This document shows, one piece after another, positions 28,350 through 38,346 of a DNA stretch of 56,353 nucleotides. This DNA comes from a virus (taxonomy: Duplodnaviria > Caudoviricetes), in the IMG/VR virus record IMGVR_UViG_3300046804_004565, positions 1 to 56,353 of that record; one strand, written 5' to 3'. The notes under the pieces are model-generated. The model saw nothing but the letters and a program-made list of their open reading frames with translations. It was not told where the DNA came from and searched no databases. Positions within the stretch are counted from its first letter, which is position 1. Every line of letters starts with the position of its first letter. The translations under genes and the position numbers were made by a program.

Positions 28350-29414
28350 ATGAAGCAATATTATTCCTATCAGCAAATATTCCTGAAGCCAAGATATTCC
28401 GAATATCATTCGCGCTCAGAAGTAGATACATCGGTCGTGCTTGGACAAAACGTGTTCAAGCTGCCAGTTATGCCAGCCAATATGGCTTGCACTATTGATG
28501 TCAAACTGGCGAAATGGTTGAGCGAAAATGAATATTTTTATGTCATGCATCGCTTCAACAAGAACCACGAGGACGCGCCGAACACAGACAATAAAAACTT
28601 CATCGAACTTGCAAACAAGGAAAATTGGAAGAACATCAGCATCAGCCTTGGTGTGAAGGATGAAGACAAGGAACTGATTGAATACTGCATCAAGAACGAA
28701 CTGGTGATCGATTATATCACAATCGACATCGCCCACGCCCACAGCATTCGTATGAAGGAAATGCTTGCATATCTGAACAGAATGTATCGCAGTGATATGT
28801 GCCAGCTTCCTCGACCATTCATCATCGCAGGAAATGTGGCTTCACCAGGTGCGGTGGTTGATCTTGAAAATTGGGGCGCGGATGCTTCCAAGGTTGGTAT
28901 TGCCCAAGGCGATGCTTGCACCACATATGGTCAGACCGGATTTGGTGCTCCTATGTTCACTTGCATTCAGGAATGCGCACAAGTTGCAAAGAAGCCAATC
29001 ATCGCTGATGGCGGCATTCGTGTGAACGGTGACTTTTCCAAAGCGCTCGTTGCTGGTGGCACAATGGTTATGGCGGGTAGCGTATTTGCGTCTTGCATTG
29101 ACTCACCCGCCGAAACTGTTCAGAAGATCACAAAGATGAATGAACTACGAGAAGCTATGAAAATTGGCGCACAAGGTGTTTTGGAAAAAAGTCTGGACGA
29201 GATGCTCGCCAAGAAAACATACAAGGTTTATTATGGCTCCGCTTCCGCCAAGAACAAGGGAGCAAATGTTCACGTTGAAGGTCGCATCGTTGAACTTGAA
29301 TGCAACAAGATGACTTACGAGCAAAAGTATCAGGAAATCAAAGAGAGCATCCAGAGCAGCATATCATATGCCGGTGGAGATCTGTCATTGGTCGAATATG
29401 GAGTAAGAAGCTAA
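28350..29414 (+). CDS. guaC: GMP reductase
   Basis: PANM, YVMHRF, IDIAHAHS, AGNV, KVGIAQGDACTT (catalytic Cys), IIADGGIR, YGSAS, VEG, QSSISYAGG. Confidence 0.92.
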   Translation: MKQYYSYQQIFLKPRYSEYHSRSEVDTSVVLGQNVFKLPVMPANMACTIDVKLAKWLSENEYFYVMHRFNKNHEDAPNTDNKNFIELANKENWKNISISLGVKDEDKELIEYCIKNELVIDYITIDIAHAHSIRMKEMLAYLNRMYRSDMCQLPRPFIIAGNVASPGAVVDLENWGADASKVGIAQGDACTTYGQTGFGAPMFTCIQECAQVAKKPIIADGGIRVNGDFSKALVAGGTMVMAGSVFASCIDSPAETVQKITKMNELREAMKIGAQGVLEKSLDEMLAKKTYKVYYGSASAKNKGANVHVEGRIVELECNKMTYEQKYQEIKESIQSSISYAGGDLSLVEYGVRS

Positions 29415-29590
29415 CTCATCAGCTGACGAAGAAACTGCAAGTGGTGCTGACCCTCATAACGGGATAGGTAATAACAAAAAGTTACCACCGTGTGAGGGTC
29501 TTCTTTTTGCAGCTTTTCGCGAAGCTCCTGATACTGCTCATCTCTGAACATATCAAGATATTCCACACACTTGTCGTCAAGGTTTTGCAT
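29411..29590 (-). CDS. Small hypothetical protein (59 aa)
   Basis: Manual translation MQNLDDKCVEYLDMFRDEQYQELREKLQKEDP...; converges on the guaC stop. Confidence 0.45.
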   Translation of the reverse strand: MQNLDDKCVEYLDMFRDEQYQELREKLQKEDPHTVVTFCYYLSRYEGQHHLQFLRQLMS

Positions 29591-29596
29591 AAACCG

Positions 29597-29627
29597 AAAA
29601 GACGAGGAATCTTATTCCTCGTCTTTT
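29597..29627. terminator. Bidirectional intrinsic terminator
   Basis: Perfect inverted repeat aaaagacgaggaat-ctt-attcctcgtctttt. Confidence 0.7.
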
Positions 29628-29767
29628 TCTTTGGTTTTGTCTTTTCCTTTGACGCTTTTCTTCTTCTTAGGACGGAACTTCTCGAATTTTCTCGTTTCGA
29701 TCTCGTCTAATTCTTCGATGTCTATACTTATATAGTCTTCTTTGTATCTGTCATTATTTTTGCTCAT
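29612..29767 (-). CDS. Small charged protein (51 aa)
   Basis: Manual translation MSKNNDRYKEDYISIDIEELDE...; TATTTAT upstream. Confidence 0.5.
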   Translation of the reverse strand: MSKNNDRYKEDYISIDIEELDEIETRKFEKFRPKKKKSVKGKDKTKEKDEE

Positions 29768-29820
29768 ATTAGTGTGCAATAAACTTTCAAAGAATAAATA
29801 TTACATAAAAAAGTAAAACA

Positions 29821-30504
29821 TTAGGCTTTGGATAGTATTACCTTTGATGAAGGATGCACTGTGCCGGATTGATCGACGACACAAAGTCCCTTCATATTGC
29901 CTTCAACATACTCGTATATCTCTCCGTGAAATTGACCGATATGGGTTTCAACATATTGGGATTTTACCAGCGGACTGACTTCGTTCTCTTTGTAGAATCT
30001 TTCTATAGTCGTTGTTTTTTTCAAAGTAAAACCAACAGCAGCAGAAACTGGTTTTTCAAAAGCTTTTGCTTTGTCTGTGCTTCCGAATCCTCCAGTTCCT
30101 CGTTCTGTATTGCCCAGAGATTCTTGGTTATTGGATTGTTCCTCGAATGACACTTCATTGTAGAATTCAAATATGATTTGCGCGATACGATCACCGACCA
30201 GAACGTTGAAATCTTCGTTTCCAAGATTGATAAGAATGACGCCAATGTCTCCGCGATAATCCTCATCAATGACACCGGCAAGCACATCTATGCCCTTCTT
30301 GAACGCCAACCCGCTGCGAGGAGCGATTCTTCCATACATTCCTTCGGGAATAGCCATAGACAATCCGGTCTTGAAAAGTTTTCTTTCACCGGGTTTCAAA
30401 ATATAAAATTCTGTAGAGTATAAATCATACCCGGCTGCTTTCATACTTCCGCGTGTAGGAACAATTGCGCTATTGATATTCTTTGTTATTGATACTTTTT
30501 TCAT
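29821..30504 (-). CDS. dut: Trimeric dUTPase with C-terminal extension
   Basis: AGYDL, RIAPRSGLA, GVIDEDYRG, GDRIAQ, RGTGGFGST. Confidence 0.95.
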   Translation of the reverse strand: MKKVSITKNINSAIVPTRGSMKAAGYDLYSTEFYILKPGERKLFKTGLSMAIPEGMYGRIAPRSGLAFKKGIDVLAGVIDEDYRGDIGVILINLGNEDFNVLVGDRIAQIIFEFYNEVSFEEQSNNQESLGNTERGTGGFGSTDKAKAFEKPVSAAVGFTLKKTTTIERFYKENEVSPLVKSQYVETHIGQFHGEIYEYVEGNMKGLCVVDQSGTVHPSSKVILSKA

Positions 30505-30513
30505 AAAATGATA

Positions 30514-31125
30514 TTATGGTGTATAACCAAACCGGTCAAACACATACTTCTCAGTGTTGTATATTATTTTCTTTGATTTGTCTGAAATTTGTCTGTTGTA
30601 TTCTTGTCTATTTTTTCCCTTAAATAGATTTGGTTCTCTGTGTATATTTTTCACATAAAACCAATAGTTCAAAGGATCTACTTCTTCTCCCGCGTTTTTT
30701 AACGCTTTTTCCAAATCTACAAACAAATTCTCAACTTTTCCTATAAAGTGCATCTTGATATCGGTAGGATATGCAGGATCTTCTCCGATGTATCTTGCCA
30801 AATAATTGGAATAGTGTCCCATCCAGAATGGGCCATACTCTTGTATCCAAGTATCAAAATCGGGACACTCTTTTTCTTTGGCACTGAATCTGTCTCGTTT
30901 GCTCCAATACCAAAAAGACGGCCACCAGGTATATGGGTGACGCACAAAGCAGAAGTTGTATGTATTTTTGCTTTCAGTCATCTGATGCAAAAACATATGT
31001 CCATTCTGGGGATATCGGTATCTTTTACTGACAAGATCAAACTGATACAAAAATGCTTGGATTTGAGATCCTCCACATTTTGGGATATGAATAAAACTAG
31101 ATTTTCTAAGAAGTAAATTGCTCAT
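30514..31125 (-). CDS. Sulfotransferase family 2-like protein
   Basis: FIHIPKCGGS (5'-PSB loop), FVRHPYTWWPS (3'-PB), FIGKVENL. Confidence 0.8.
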   Translation of the reverse strand: MSNLLLRKSSFIHIPKCGGSQIQAFLYQFDLVSKRYRYPQNGHMFLHQMTESKNTYNFCFVRHPYTWWPSFWYWSKRDRFSAKEKECPDFDTWIQEYGPFWMGHYSNYLARYIGEDPAYPTDIKMHFIGKVENLFVDLEKALKNAGEEVDPLNYWFYVKNIHREPNLFKGKNRQEYNRQISDKSKKIIYNTEKYVFDRFGYTP

Positions 31126-31126
31126 A

Positions 31127-31435
31127 TTAATGAATGCTTACCACTACATCGGTGTGCGTCAAACCATAATCTCCCTTCCAGCCCTGTTCATTTTTTCCAA
31201 ATACGATATGTTCTTCTCCCTCTAACGCATTGTATATGACCATTTCTGGAAATGAAGAGTCGATCTCTTTCTTGTATTGAAAATGCGAGCGAATTTGGTC
31301 TGATTGCAAAAATTGATCAAATATATTTGTTATTTGATCCAATGGGGTGCTGCGAACAATCACAACTCCTCTTCCACTTCCACCAAGTTGTCTGACGTGG
31401 GTGATTATAAATATAAAAAGATTTTGGTAATTCAC
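31127..31435 (-). CDS. Hypothetical protein
   Basis: 102-aa ORF in operon. Confidence 0.55.
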   Translation of the reverse strand: MNYQNLFIFIITHVRQLGGSGRGVVIVRSTPLDQITNIFDQFLQSDQIRSHFQYKKEIDSSFPEMVIYNALEGEEHIVFGKNEQGWKGDYGLTHTDVVVSIH

Positions 31436-32235
31436 GTTGTTTTTACTTTCTGATTACTTTTATGTTTTTCCATTGATTCGGAATCATTTACGTAGAAAGT
31501 CAAACTATTTCTGTATTTTTGGAACAATTCTTCCATTGAAGCATCAAATTCGGAGTTAGTCAATAATAAAGATTTCATTTTTTCATGGTCTTTTATTACT
31601 TTCGATTTTTCGACATAAAACATTTGTCTGAATTCAATTGTGCTTATTTGGTTGTCGATTGCGTATTTACACAAATCATCCAATTTTTTTATATTTCTTG
31701 TATTGACTGTAGTTATGAATTCCACTCTGGCTTCTGGCCAGTCTCTTTTTAAGTTTTTTATGTTTGTCAATATTTTGTTCAAGTCCGATCCCCCTCTTAT
31801 TTCTTTGTGAATTTCGGGATCTACGGTATCTATCGATACAGTTATTTTATTAATTCCAGCGTTTCTTAGGTCATCCAAGTTATGTATGTGAAGTAAAGTC
31901 CCATTTGTCTGTAATCTGAATGATTGTATCGGCTTTGCCTTAGAATTAGAAACCATTAGTGCAAACTTTGTCATTCGTTTGTCCATAGTGGGTTCCATCG
32001 CACACCCAAGTTGAAAATCATTGACAGAATTCACTTGAGTTTCTATAAATCTTAAAAAATCTTCCTCGCTAACCAACTTGTTATCTCTGTGATTGTGACA
32101 ATAGACACAATGCAAATTACAACTCAGGTTGCTGTCAAACAATATGGTATTGAAATCGTGTGGGGATGGAAATTTTATATCATTTATATTTTTGTGGGAT
32201 ATTCTGTAAAAATGTGGCTCTAAATCTGCTCTCAT
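31432..32235 (-). CDS. Radical SAM protein
   Basis: CNLHCVYC, EPT, QTNGTLL, VSID. Confidence 0.88.
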   Translation of the reverse strand: MRADLEPHFYRISHKNINDIKFPSPHDFNTILFDSNLSCNLHCVYCHNHRDNKLVSEEDFLRFIETQVNSVNDFQLGCAMEPTMDKRMTKFALMVSNSKAKPIQSFRLQTNGTLLHIHNLDDLRNAGINKITVSIDTVDPEIHKEIRGGSDLNKILTNIKNLKRDWPEARVEFITTVNTRNIKKLDDLCKYAIDNQISTIEFRQMFYVEKSKVIKDHEKMKSLLLTNSEFDASMEELFQKYRNSLTFYVNDSESMEKHKSNQKVKTT

Positions 32236-32241
32236 TTTAAA

Positions 32242-32874
32242 TTATTGGTTATAATTAAACCTCTCAAATACGTATCTTTCGGTTTTATATATTATTTCCT
32301 TCGATTGATCCGATATTCCTTTGTCGTATGTTTGTTCATTTCTCCATTTTATCATGTTTGGATCATTGGGTGCATTTTTTACTACTTCGTCAAAATATTC
32401 TTCGGAAAAATACTTTTCTCCTATGTTAACTTCTCCAGCCTGCAATAGCGCCGTCTTTACATCCGGAACAAGATTCTCGACTTTTCCTACAAAATCTATC
32501 TTTTTCTTTACAAGATATGTGGGGTCGTCTCCCGTATATCGTTTTACCAGTCGTGTATAATGTCCCATCCAAAAAGGTCCAAAATCTTTAACCCACACAT
32601 CAAAATTTTCACATTCTCTTTCTTGTAAAGAAAACCTGTCTTTTTTGCACCAAGTATAAAACGAAGGCCACCAGGTGTATGGATGTCTCACGAACGTAAA
32701 GTTATAATATTTGTTATAATCTGGCATTTGATGTAAAAACAAATGGCCATCGTGGGGGTGGTCATACCGCTTTTTTACATTCATAGCTATCTTGTATATC
32801 AACGATTGTACATATGTACCAGCGCATTTTGGAATGTGTATGAAGTTCGACTTTTCCAGTTGTAAGTTGCTCAT
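32242..32874 (-). CDS. Sulfotransferase family 2-like protein (paralog of 30514-31125)
   Basis: FIHIPKCAGT, FVRHPYTWWPSF, GPFWMGHY shared with the paralog. Confidence 0.8.
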   Translation of the reverse strand: MSNLQLEKSNFIHIPKCAGTYVQSLIYKIAMNVKKRYDHPHDGHLFLHQMPDYNKYYNFTFVRHPYTWWPSFYTWCKKDRFSLQERECENFDVWVKDFGPFWMGHYTRLVKRYTGDDPTYLVKKKIDFVGKVENLVPDVKTALLQAGEVNIGEKYFSEEYFDEVVKNAPNDPNMIKWRNEQTYDKGISDQSKEIIYKTERYVFERFNYNQ

Positions 32875-34055
32875 AGTTTTATCAAAATTGGAGTCAATTC
32901 AATCAGCTTTCCAAAAGTTTTCAATCTAAAAATACCAAGCATCATTTCGGAGTCCGGTTCATATCCGTCGTATATTATATTTCCCAGATTCTGGATGATA
33001 CCCATATTCTCCATAGGATTATTGGCTACAAAGTCCTTTTGAGAGAAATACAATAGCATATTGTTTTTATTTTGTTCGATATATCCGTGGTTGAATATTC
33101 TTGTGCGTAGGTCCGTGCTTGTATTTGGCTGTTCTTTGGCTATATATCTTTCAGCCAATACCCAGTTATCGATATAAACGTGAGTAGCGAACGGTTCTAC
33201 GTGATATAGGAAGTTTTCATCTATAACATCAGTCATCACAAATCCTATGTTGAGCTTCTTTGGCATAATAGGATGCTGATACTGGTCGTTTTGTATCCAG
33301 CTTTGCCATTTTCTCATATAATATCTTGCGGATCTGTTTCGCATAGCGTGGAACTTTGGATCTTGTGTCTGATTTTCCACGCCATCTTGAAACTGCCCAC
33401 CTCTGCAAGTAAAATGATATACAAGCGCATCCCAAGATTGCATCATTTCACACCCATTTAGAATCATACGCTGGAAAATATCAGAGTCTTCATAGTATGA
33501 ATGCAGAACCTCGTCGTGCATTCCGATATCTGTCAGATTATTTTTGTATGTCATCCACGGAGCGAATATGCCTCTGGATGTAATGTCCTTGTTATCGACG
33601 ATATACTTGGCTACATAACTATCAAACTCAGCTTTCTTGAAGTCTTCTGGATACATCCCAAAGTTTTCCACAATCTTTTCCTTTCCAGCAGGATGCAGAG
33701 GGGGCTCTATTCTTGTTGCAGATACAACGGTGTTTGGTTTGAGATATTTGACAAGATTAACATCGAACCCTTTACCCATATACATATCCGCGTGGAATAC
33801 ACAGATCACGTCGCCTGTAGATTGCTCTATGCAACGGTTATATCCATACGCAATGCCCTTGTATTCAGATGAATCGTTCTTGGTATACTTAACTTCGGGG
33901 GCATTTGCTTTTAGCCATTCTTCTGTGCCATCATTATCGGCGTCGATATACACAACTATCTCGTATGGAAGCTGCGAGTTTTCCTTGATGGATGTTATGG
34001 AACCCTTCAAATAGCGAAGGTTGTTTTTTGTTGGGAGGCAGTATGAAATTTTCAT
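32871..34055 (-). CDS. Glycosyltransferase family 2
   Basis: DADNDGT, YNRCI, HADM, EDSD, YHF. Confidence 0.85.
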   Translation of the reverse strand: MKISYCLPTKNNLRYLKGSITSIKENSQLPYEIVVYIDADNDGTEEWLKANAPEVKYTKNDSSEYKGIAYGYNRCIEQSTGDVICVFHADMYMGKGFDVNLVKYLKPNTVVSATRIEPPLHPAGKEKIVENFGMYPEDFKKAEFDSYVAKYIVDNKDITSRGIFAPWMTYKNNLTDIGMHDEVLHSYYEDSDIFQRMILNGCEMMQSWDALVYHFTCRGGQFQDGVENQTQDPKFHAMRNRSARYYMRKWQSWIQNDQYQHPIMPKKLNIGFVMTDVIDENFLYHVEPFATHVYIDNWVLAERYIAKEQPNTSTDLRTRIFNHGYIEQNKNNMLLYFSQKDFVANNPMENMGIIQNLGNIIYDGYEPDSEMMLGIFRLKTFGKLIELTPILIKL

Positions 34056-34234
34056 AGTTTTGAGTGTTCTATTCCGACGATTTCTACCATTTGCTTTTCT
34101 TTTTCCGTCATATTATTATAAAGTTCGTACATTTCTTCTTTGATTTCATTCAGTTTAGCCCTCGGAGAATCATTGTCAATGCAACGTTGTATCTTATAAT
34201 ACAACTCTATATATTTTCTAGCAGCCTCGGTCAT
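34052..34234 (-). CDS. Small hypothetical protein
   Basis: Start set at MTEAARK; fills the gap between two GTs. Confidence 0.45.
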   Translation of the reverse strand: MTEAARKYIELYYKIQRCIDNDSPRAKLNEIKEEMYELYNNMTEKEKQMVEIVGIEHSKL

Positions 34235-35099
34235 ATAGTTCGGGATTGTTGTTATAACGTTGTCGCATTTGCTCCGTGAGTTTGACGAAGCCATATTCGT
34301 CATATGATGGTGCTTCTCCCCACAGTTCAAGCCAAGTTCTAAAGTTCTTTTGCTCGCTGATTTTTTGTCTGTCGGACGTTCCTGTCAGTTTGTCGTGCTG
34401 TCCGAGAAAATGACTACTACGTGCTCCAAAATGCCATACCATTGCTCTCGGAGTAACCACAAATTCGTATCCTTTTATCTGCATCATCACGCTCTGCATA
34501 TGATCTTCAAACGAACTTGGTGCAAACCTTGCGTCGTTGTTGATGAAATACTTGGTGCGCATCATATACGACACGCCTTCTACTTTTCTAAAGTTTGGAT
34601 GTTCATTCTTAACAAACCGGTCTGCCCAACTTAGGAATCCTTGACCATCAAAATCGTGATGATATACACCAAACCCACCATCAACCGGAGCAAATACCGT
34701 TCCCACTCTGTCTTGATTGTTGAAGATATTTGGTTCGCATCTCCAAGCACAAGCTACAATAGGTTTTTCAGTATTTGATACAATATCAAGCAAAGGCTTG
34801 TCATAGTGACGGCTGATATACATGTCACTATGCACGAGATTAAAATATTCTGTTTTGACTCTTTTGATTGCTTCATTGACGCCTCCTCCTATGCCTTTTG
34901 GCACAATATTCTCTTCGTAAATACAATGTATATCGGATTGTGAGAGAAGCCAATCACGAGTCTCTGTATCATTCTCTGTATAAACAATGATGGGCTGGTT
35001 CTTGTAATATGCGTTCTCACGAATGGACTCGACAACCAGCTTCAAGTATGGAAGCGATTTATAACTGTTGATTATCCAAGTGTAGATAGGTTCTCTCAT
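34218..35099 (-). CDS. Glycosyltransferase family 2
   Basis: GGVNEAI, HSDM, FEDH, WHFG. Confidence 0.82.
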   Translation of the reverse strand: MREPIYTWIINSYKSLPYLKLVVESIRENAYYKNQPIIVYTENDTETRDWLLSQSDIHCIYEENIVPKGIGGGVNEAIKRVKTEYFNLVHSDMYISRHYDKPLLDIVSNTEKPIVACAWRCEPNIFNNQDRVGTVFAPVDGGFGVYHHDFDGQGFLSWADRFVKNEHPNFRKVEGVSYMMRTKYFINNDARFAPSSFEDHMQSVMMQIKGYEFVVTPRAMVWHFGARSSHFLGQHDKLTGTSDRQKISEQKNFRTWLELWGEAPSYDEYGFVKLTEQMRQRYNNNPELYDRGC

Positions 35100-35121
35100 G
35101 ACTTCCTCCTATTGTAATTAG

Positions 35122-35433
35122 TCAAATCAAGAAATCAAGTTGAGCCTGTGTGTATCTTTTAATGACATTATCAAAGAATAGTTGAGCACTATATTCAACA
35201 TCACCTTCAAATTTCATTGGACCATCTTTCCAAGACAATGTACCAATAGGCTTACCATCTTTATGAAATTGTACAGTATATGCCGGTGGAACATACAAAC
35301 TGCTATTTACCAAAAAACTACTTGTATTTGTCGTATACGCATTATAAGAAAATTTGTAATTTGTATCTAAATTGGATGTAAGCGAATCTGGCTTCATAAA
35401 ATCAAATTCTAATTGTGTTTCAGTTGTATTCAT
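35122..35433 (-). CDS. Hypothetical protein
   Basis: QLEFDF start and QLDFLI end. Confidence 0.55.
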   Translation of the reverse strand: MNTTETQLEFDFMKPDSLTSNLDTNYKFSYNAYTTNTSSFLVNSSLYVPPAYTVQFHKDGKPIGTLSWKDGPMKFEGDVEYSAQLFFDNVIKRYTQAQLDFLI

Positions 35434-36196
35434 ATTTTTCCGCTTCCGCTCTCAGGTTGATATAGTCATTATACAATCCGGACTTTATAAAGAACTTCTG
35501 CATTCCTGCTTCAGCAAGTCGGCAGTATGTGGGAATGTCAATGCCAGCCACGCCTCGCTTAACCGTAAGAGAGTTGTGATGCAAAATACAAGCTCTATCA
35601 ACAACGCCGATCTTATAGCCAAGTTTCTTAGCAGTCAAAGCAAATAGCCAGTCTGGTCCCCAACCATACATAAGATCGGTGTCTATGTTTCCTACTGCTT
35701 CAATCAGTCTGCGAGAAATAAGAGGACATTGGAAATCTGAATATACCACCTGTCGTATTTCCTTGGAGCATCTACTATGCATTCCTTTCCAATGACACTG
35801 CTGGTTTGGTTCTATGTTATAGAACGATGGGGCAACGATGTCGTATTTGATTTCTTGGCTACCCCACGTACCAGCAAACACTTCTTCAAACATTTCTTCA
35901 CGCAACGTGCGTATGAACTCGTATGGATGAATAGTAAGGTCATTACTAAGGAACATCATAGAGTCATACTCGGCGTTTTCTTTTACATACTCCATCGACG
36001 CATTCAAACCTCCACCGAAATACACATTGGTTTCCAGTTGGAATGATGTATATTTGCTTCTTCCTTCGGGCTTGGATGCGTTGTCGATGACAAACAGGTC
36101 ATAGTCCTGCCTCTCATATGGCTTAAGAGACTCATACAGCATATCTGTATAGTCTGGCAGATTATGATTTAGAATGAATGCGGCTGTTTTACCCAT
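35420..36196 (-). CDS. Glycosyltransferase family 2
   Basis: ILNHN, VIDNAS, FGGGLN, LSND, GWGPD. Confidence 0.82.
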   Translation of the reverse strand: MGKTAAFILNHNLPDYTDMLYESLKPYERQDYDLFVIDNASKPEGRSKYTSFQLETNVYFGGGLNASMEYVKENAEYDSMMFLSNDLTIHPYEFIRTLREEMFEEVFAGTWGSQEIKYDIVAPSFYNIEPNQQCHWKGMHSRCSKEIRQVVYSDFQCPLISRRLIEAVGNIDTDLMYGWGPDWLFALTAKKLGYKIGVVDRACILHHNSLTVKRGVAGIDIPTYCRLAEAGMQKFFIKSGLYNDYINLRAEAEKYEYN

Positions 36197-36197
36197 A

Positions 36198-36611
36198 TTA
36201 TGATCCGTTGAATACTTTCATCTTGATGCTTCTACCAGTCATTTCTGCCGGTTGAATGAAAAACTTCTTTTCTGGCTGCGTGATCTCGAAGAACTGCTCC
36301 AGTTCTTCCTCGTTGTCCGCAAACATCATAAAATCTTCTTCTGTTCCAACTTCCCTGCACTTGAACAGATTATATTGCGTGGTAACAACAGTGGTATATC
36401 CTTCGTGGTGCTTGAATACTTCGGATATGAAATAAAACTCCAATACAATAATAGCAAATGTATTTACGGTATGTGTGATATTATCAAACAACTGGTTATT
36501 CATCACCAGCCCCTTTAGGTTTGCTATCGCCGCCATCATAGGAAATAAGTTCAGTATGGCGAGACCAAACACCAGATAATAATACAAGCTTTTCTTTGGA
36601 CCAGTTGTCAT
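36198..36611 (-). CDS. Two-TM membrane protein
   Basis: Two hydrophobic helices; own promoter TTGACA-N16-TACTAT at 36625-36652. Confidence 0.65.
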   Translation of the reverse strand: MTTGPKKSLYYYLVFGLAILNLFPMMAAIANLKGLVMNNQLFDNITHTVNTFAIIVLEFYFISEVFKHHEGYTTVVTTQYNLFKCREVGTEEDFMMFADNEEELEQFFEITQPEKKFFIQPAEMTGRSIKMKVFNGS

Positions 36612-36652
36612 AATAATCTATGCAATAGTAGCATATATAACAGAGTTGTCAA

Positions 36653-37528
36653 TCAGCAAGATTTTATTATATCAACAATCTGTTTGGCTCGGGTTTCTGC
36701 TCTATGATGTTCTTGCACCTTTTTATATATGTTTTCCGCCAAAGCGTTTCTTATATAATCGTTGTTCAGCAGATATTCTATCTTTTCCGCCGCCTCTTTG
36801 GGATTGGAATAATACATTATGTCTCTGCCGTCTATGAATAGGTCATATATGCCGGTAGATGTAGATATACGGTTTGTTACAACGGCGAGCTTACATCCAC
36901 CCGCTTCGAATATACGGCGTGTTATTTCATCGTTATTGGCATATTGATACGCGACCGTGCCGCTGTTATAAAAATCATTGTTCTCCTGCGGCGGTATTCT
37001 TTTATTGATGAACTTATCTCCCAATGCACTTTGAACATATTCAACACCAGGTCTTTTACCACAAGTTGTGATGCAGACATTGCTGCGTCGTATATTCTCA
37101 TTATAATAAAATAAGAATTCATCTCCCCAATGATTCAGCCAATGAACGTTATATCCCATCTCTTTGTATTTCTTCTGACATCTCAGGTCTGGAGTAAATG
37201 CAGCGTTGACATATTTGATTCGTTCCATCGCCTGACCAAATGTCTGCGGCTCGTCTCCAAGTTCAAGTATAACTTTAGCGTGGCTTATTTCTCTCAATCT
37301 TTTGATTTGTGCATCAAGTGATGGCGAAGTCCAAGGCCAAGAAACAAAAACCGCCTCATATTCATTTGCCTTGACAAAGAAATGCTCCAAGTTGCAGTTT
37401 CCTGCATCAAAGTAATATGCATACACATAATGACCGAGCCTTTTGAACGCATAACTCAGTCCAAGCGGACAACTCCAAAATGTTTCTGGTTTACTGGCAT
37501 TGTCGTGCCATAGCATTGCAATCTTCAT
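36653..37528 (-). CDS. Glycosyltransferase, CgeB/GT-B-like
   Basis: GDEPQ, RIFEAGGC, LFIDG...YYS, KIEYLL. Confidence 0.8.
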   Translation of the reverse strand: MKIAMLWHDNASKPETFWSCPLGLSYAFKRLGHYVYAYYFDAGNCNLEHFFVKANEYEAVFVSWPWTSPSLDAQIKRLREISHAKVILELGDEPQTFGQAMERIKYVNAAFTPDLRCQKKYKEMGYNVHWLNHWGDEFLFYYNENIRRSNVCITTCGKRPGVEYVQSALGDKFINKRIPPQENNDFYNSGTVAYQYANNDEITRRIFEAGGCKLAVVTNRISTSTGIYDLFIDGRDIMYYSNPKEAAEKIEYLLNNDYIRNALAENIYKKVQEHHRAETRAKQIVDIIKSC

Positions 37529-38346
37529 AGTTTTTCCAGTATTTTATCCACCGCCTGATATGTGGTATATTTCTGCTTGAATCCGAGATAACGCAACTTC
37601 TCGCAGTCCATAAAGAAGTTTGGCGACTGGACTATTTGATGGAACTCAGGAGCGTCAACGTATGTTATCAAACTGGTCGAGTTTGTCTTTTTGACCACAT
37701 AATCCACAATATCGTTGATGCGGGTGCTTTCTTCGCCTCCGACATTGTATATTTCGTTCAACTTTCCCTTTGTCGTAATCAGATTGATGGCATCCGACAC
37801 ATCCTCCACGTGAAGAAAGTTGCGATAGTTATCGCCGTAATACAAGTTTATCGGTTCGTTCTTGGATATGTTGTTGATAAGATATTCAAGGGCATTCTTT
37901 TTCTTTCCTGCACCAACATCACCGCCGATTACATTGCACAACCTGATTATCCTATAGTTTTTCTTGTATGTTTTGCAATAAGACTCTACCAATGCCTCCG
38001 CCGCTCGCTTTGTGATGGAATAAAAACCTTTTGGATCACAATAATCATTCTCGTTGGCGGGATTATATTTGCCATATTTTCCACCATACACAAACCAAGA
38101 ACTCACAAAGTTGAACGTGCCCTTTACATTCGGCAATACATCCATCAACTTTTTCAGGTTGGTATCTATATCTTTGTGCAGATTATCGTGAACGTGATAG
38201 TTGTGAGTTGTGCTGATAAGATACAGCACATCTCCCATACCATCAACGCTATTGGCTTCTCTGGGAGCAATAACGCAATCAGGATATATTCTGGCAAAGT
38301 TGCTGCCAACAAAGCCAGTTCCACCAAATATGGTTAGTTTTGCCAT
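37525..38346 (-). CDS. NAD-dependent epimerase/dehydratase
   Basis: GGTGFVG, SSWFVYG, YSITK, RLCNVIG. Confidence 0.88.
   Translation of the reverse strand: MAKLTIFGGTGFVGSNFARIYPDCVIAPREANSVDGMGDVLYLISTTHNYHVHDNLHKDIDTNLKKLMDVLPNVKGTFNFVSSWFVYGGKYGKYNPANENDYCDPKGFYSITKRAAEALVESYCKTYKKNYRIIRLCNVIGGDVGAGKKKNALEYLINNISKNEPINLYYGDNYRNFLHVEDVSDAINLITTKGKLNEIYNVGGEESTRINDIVDYVVKKTNSTSLITYVDAPEFHQIVQSPNFFMDCEKLRYLGFKQKYTTYQAVDKILEKL

Noticed and set aside
29423-29530. Hammerhead-like CUGACGA before the long hairpin
   Set aside because: No correctly placed GAAA, stem III or cleavage triplet; kept only as a generic hairpin.
37636-38337. 233-aa plus-strand ORF and other long antisense ORFs (e.g. 2826-3401, 41684-42244, 55346-55897)
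   Set aside because: They lie opposite genes with clear motifs and show no recognisable motifs themselves.
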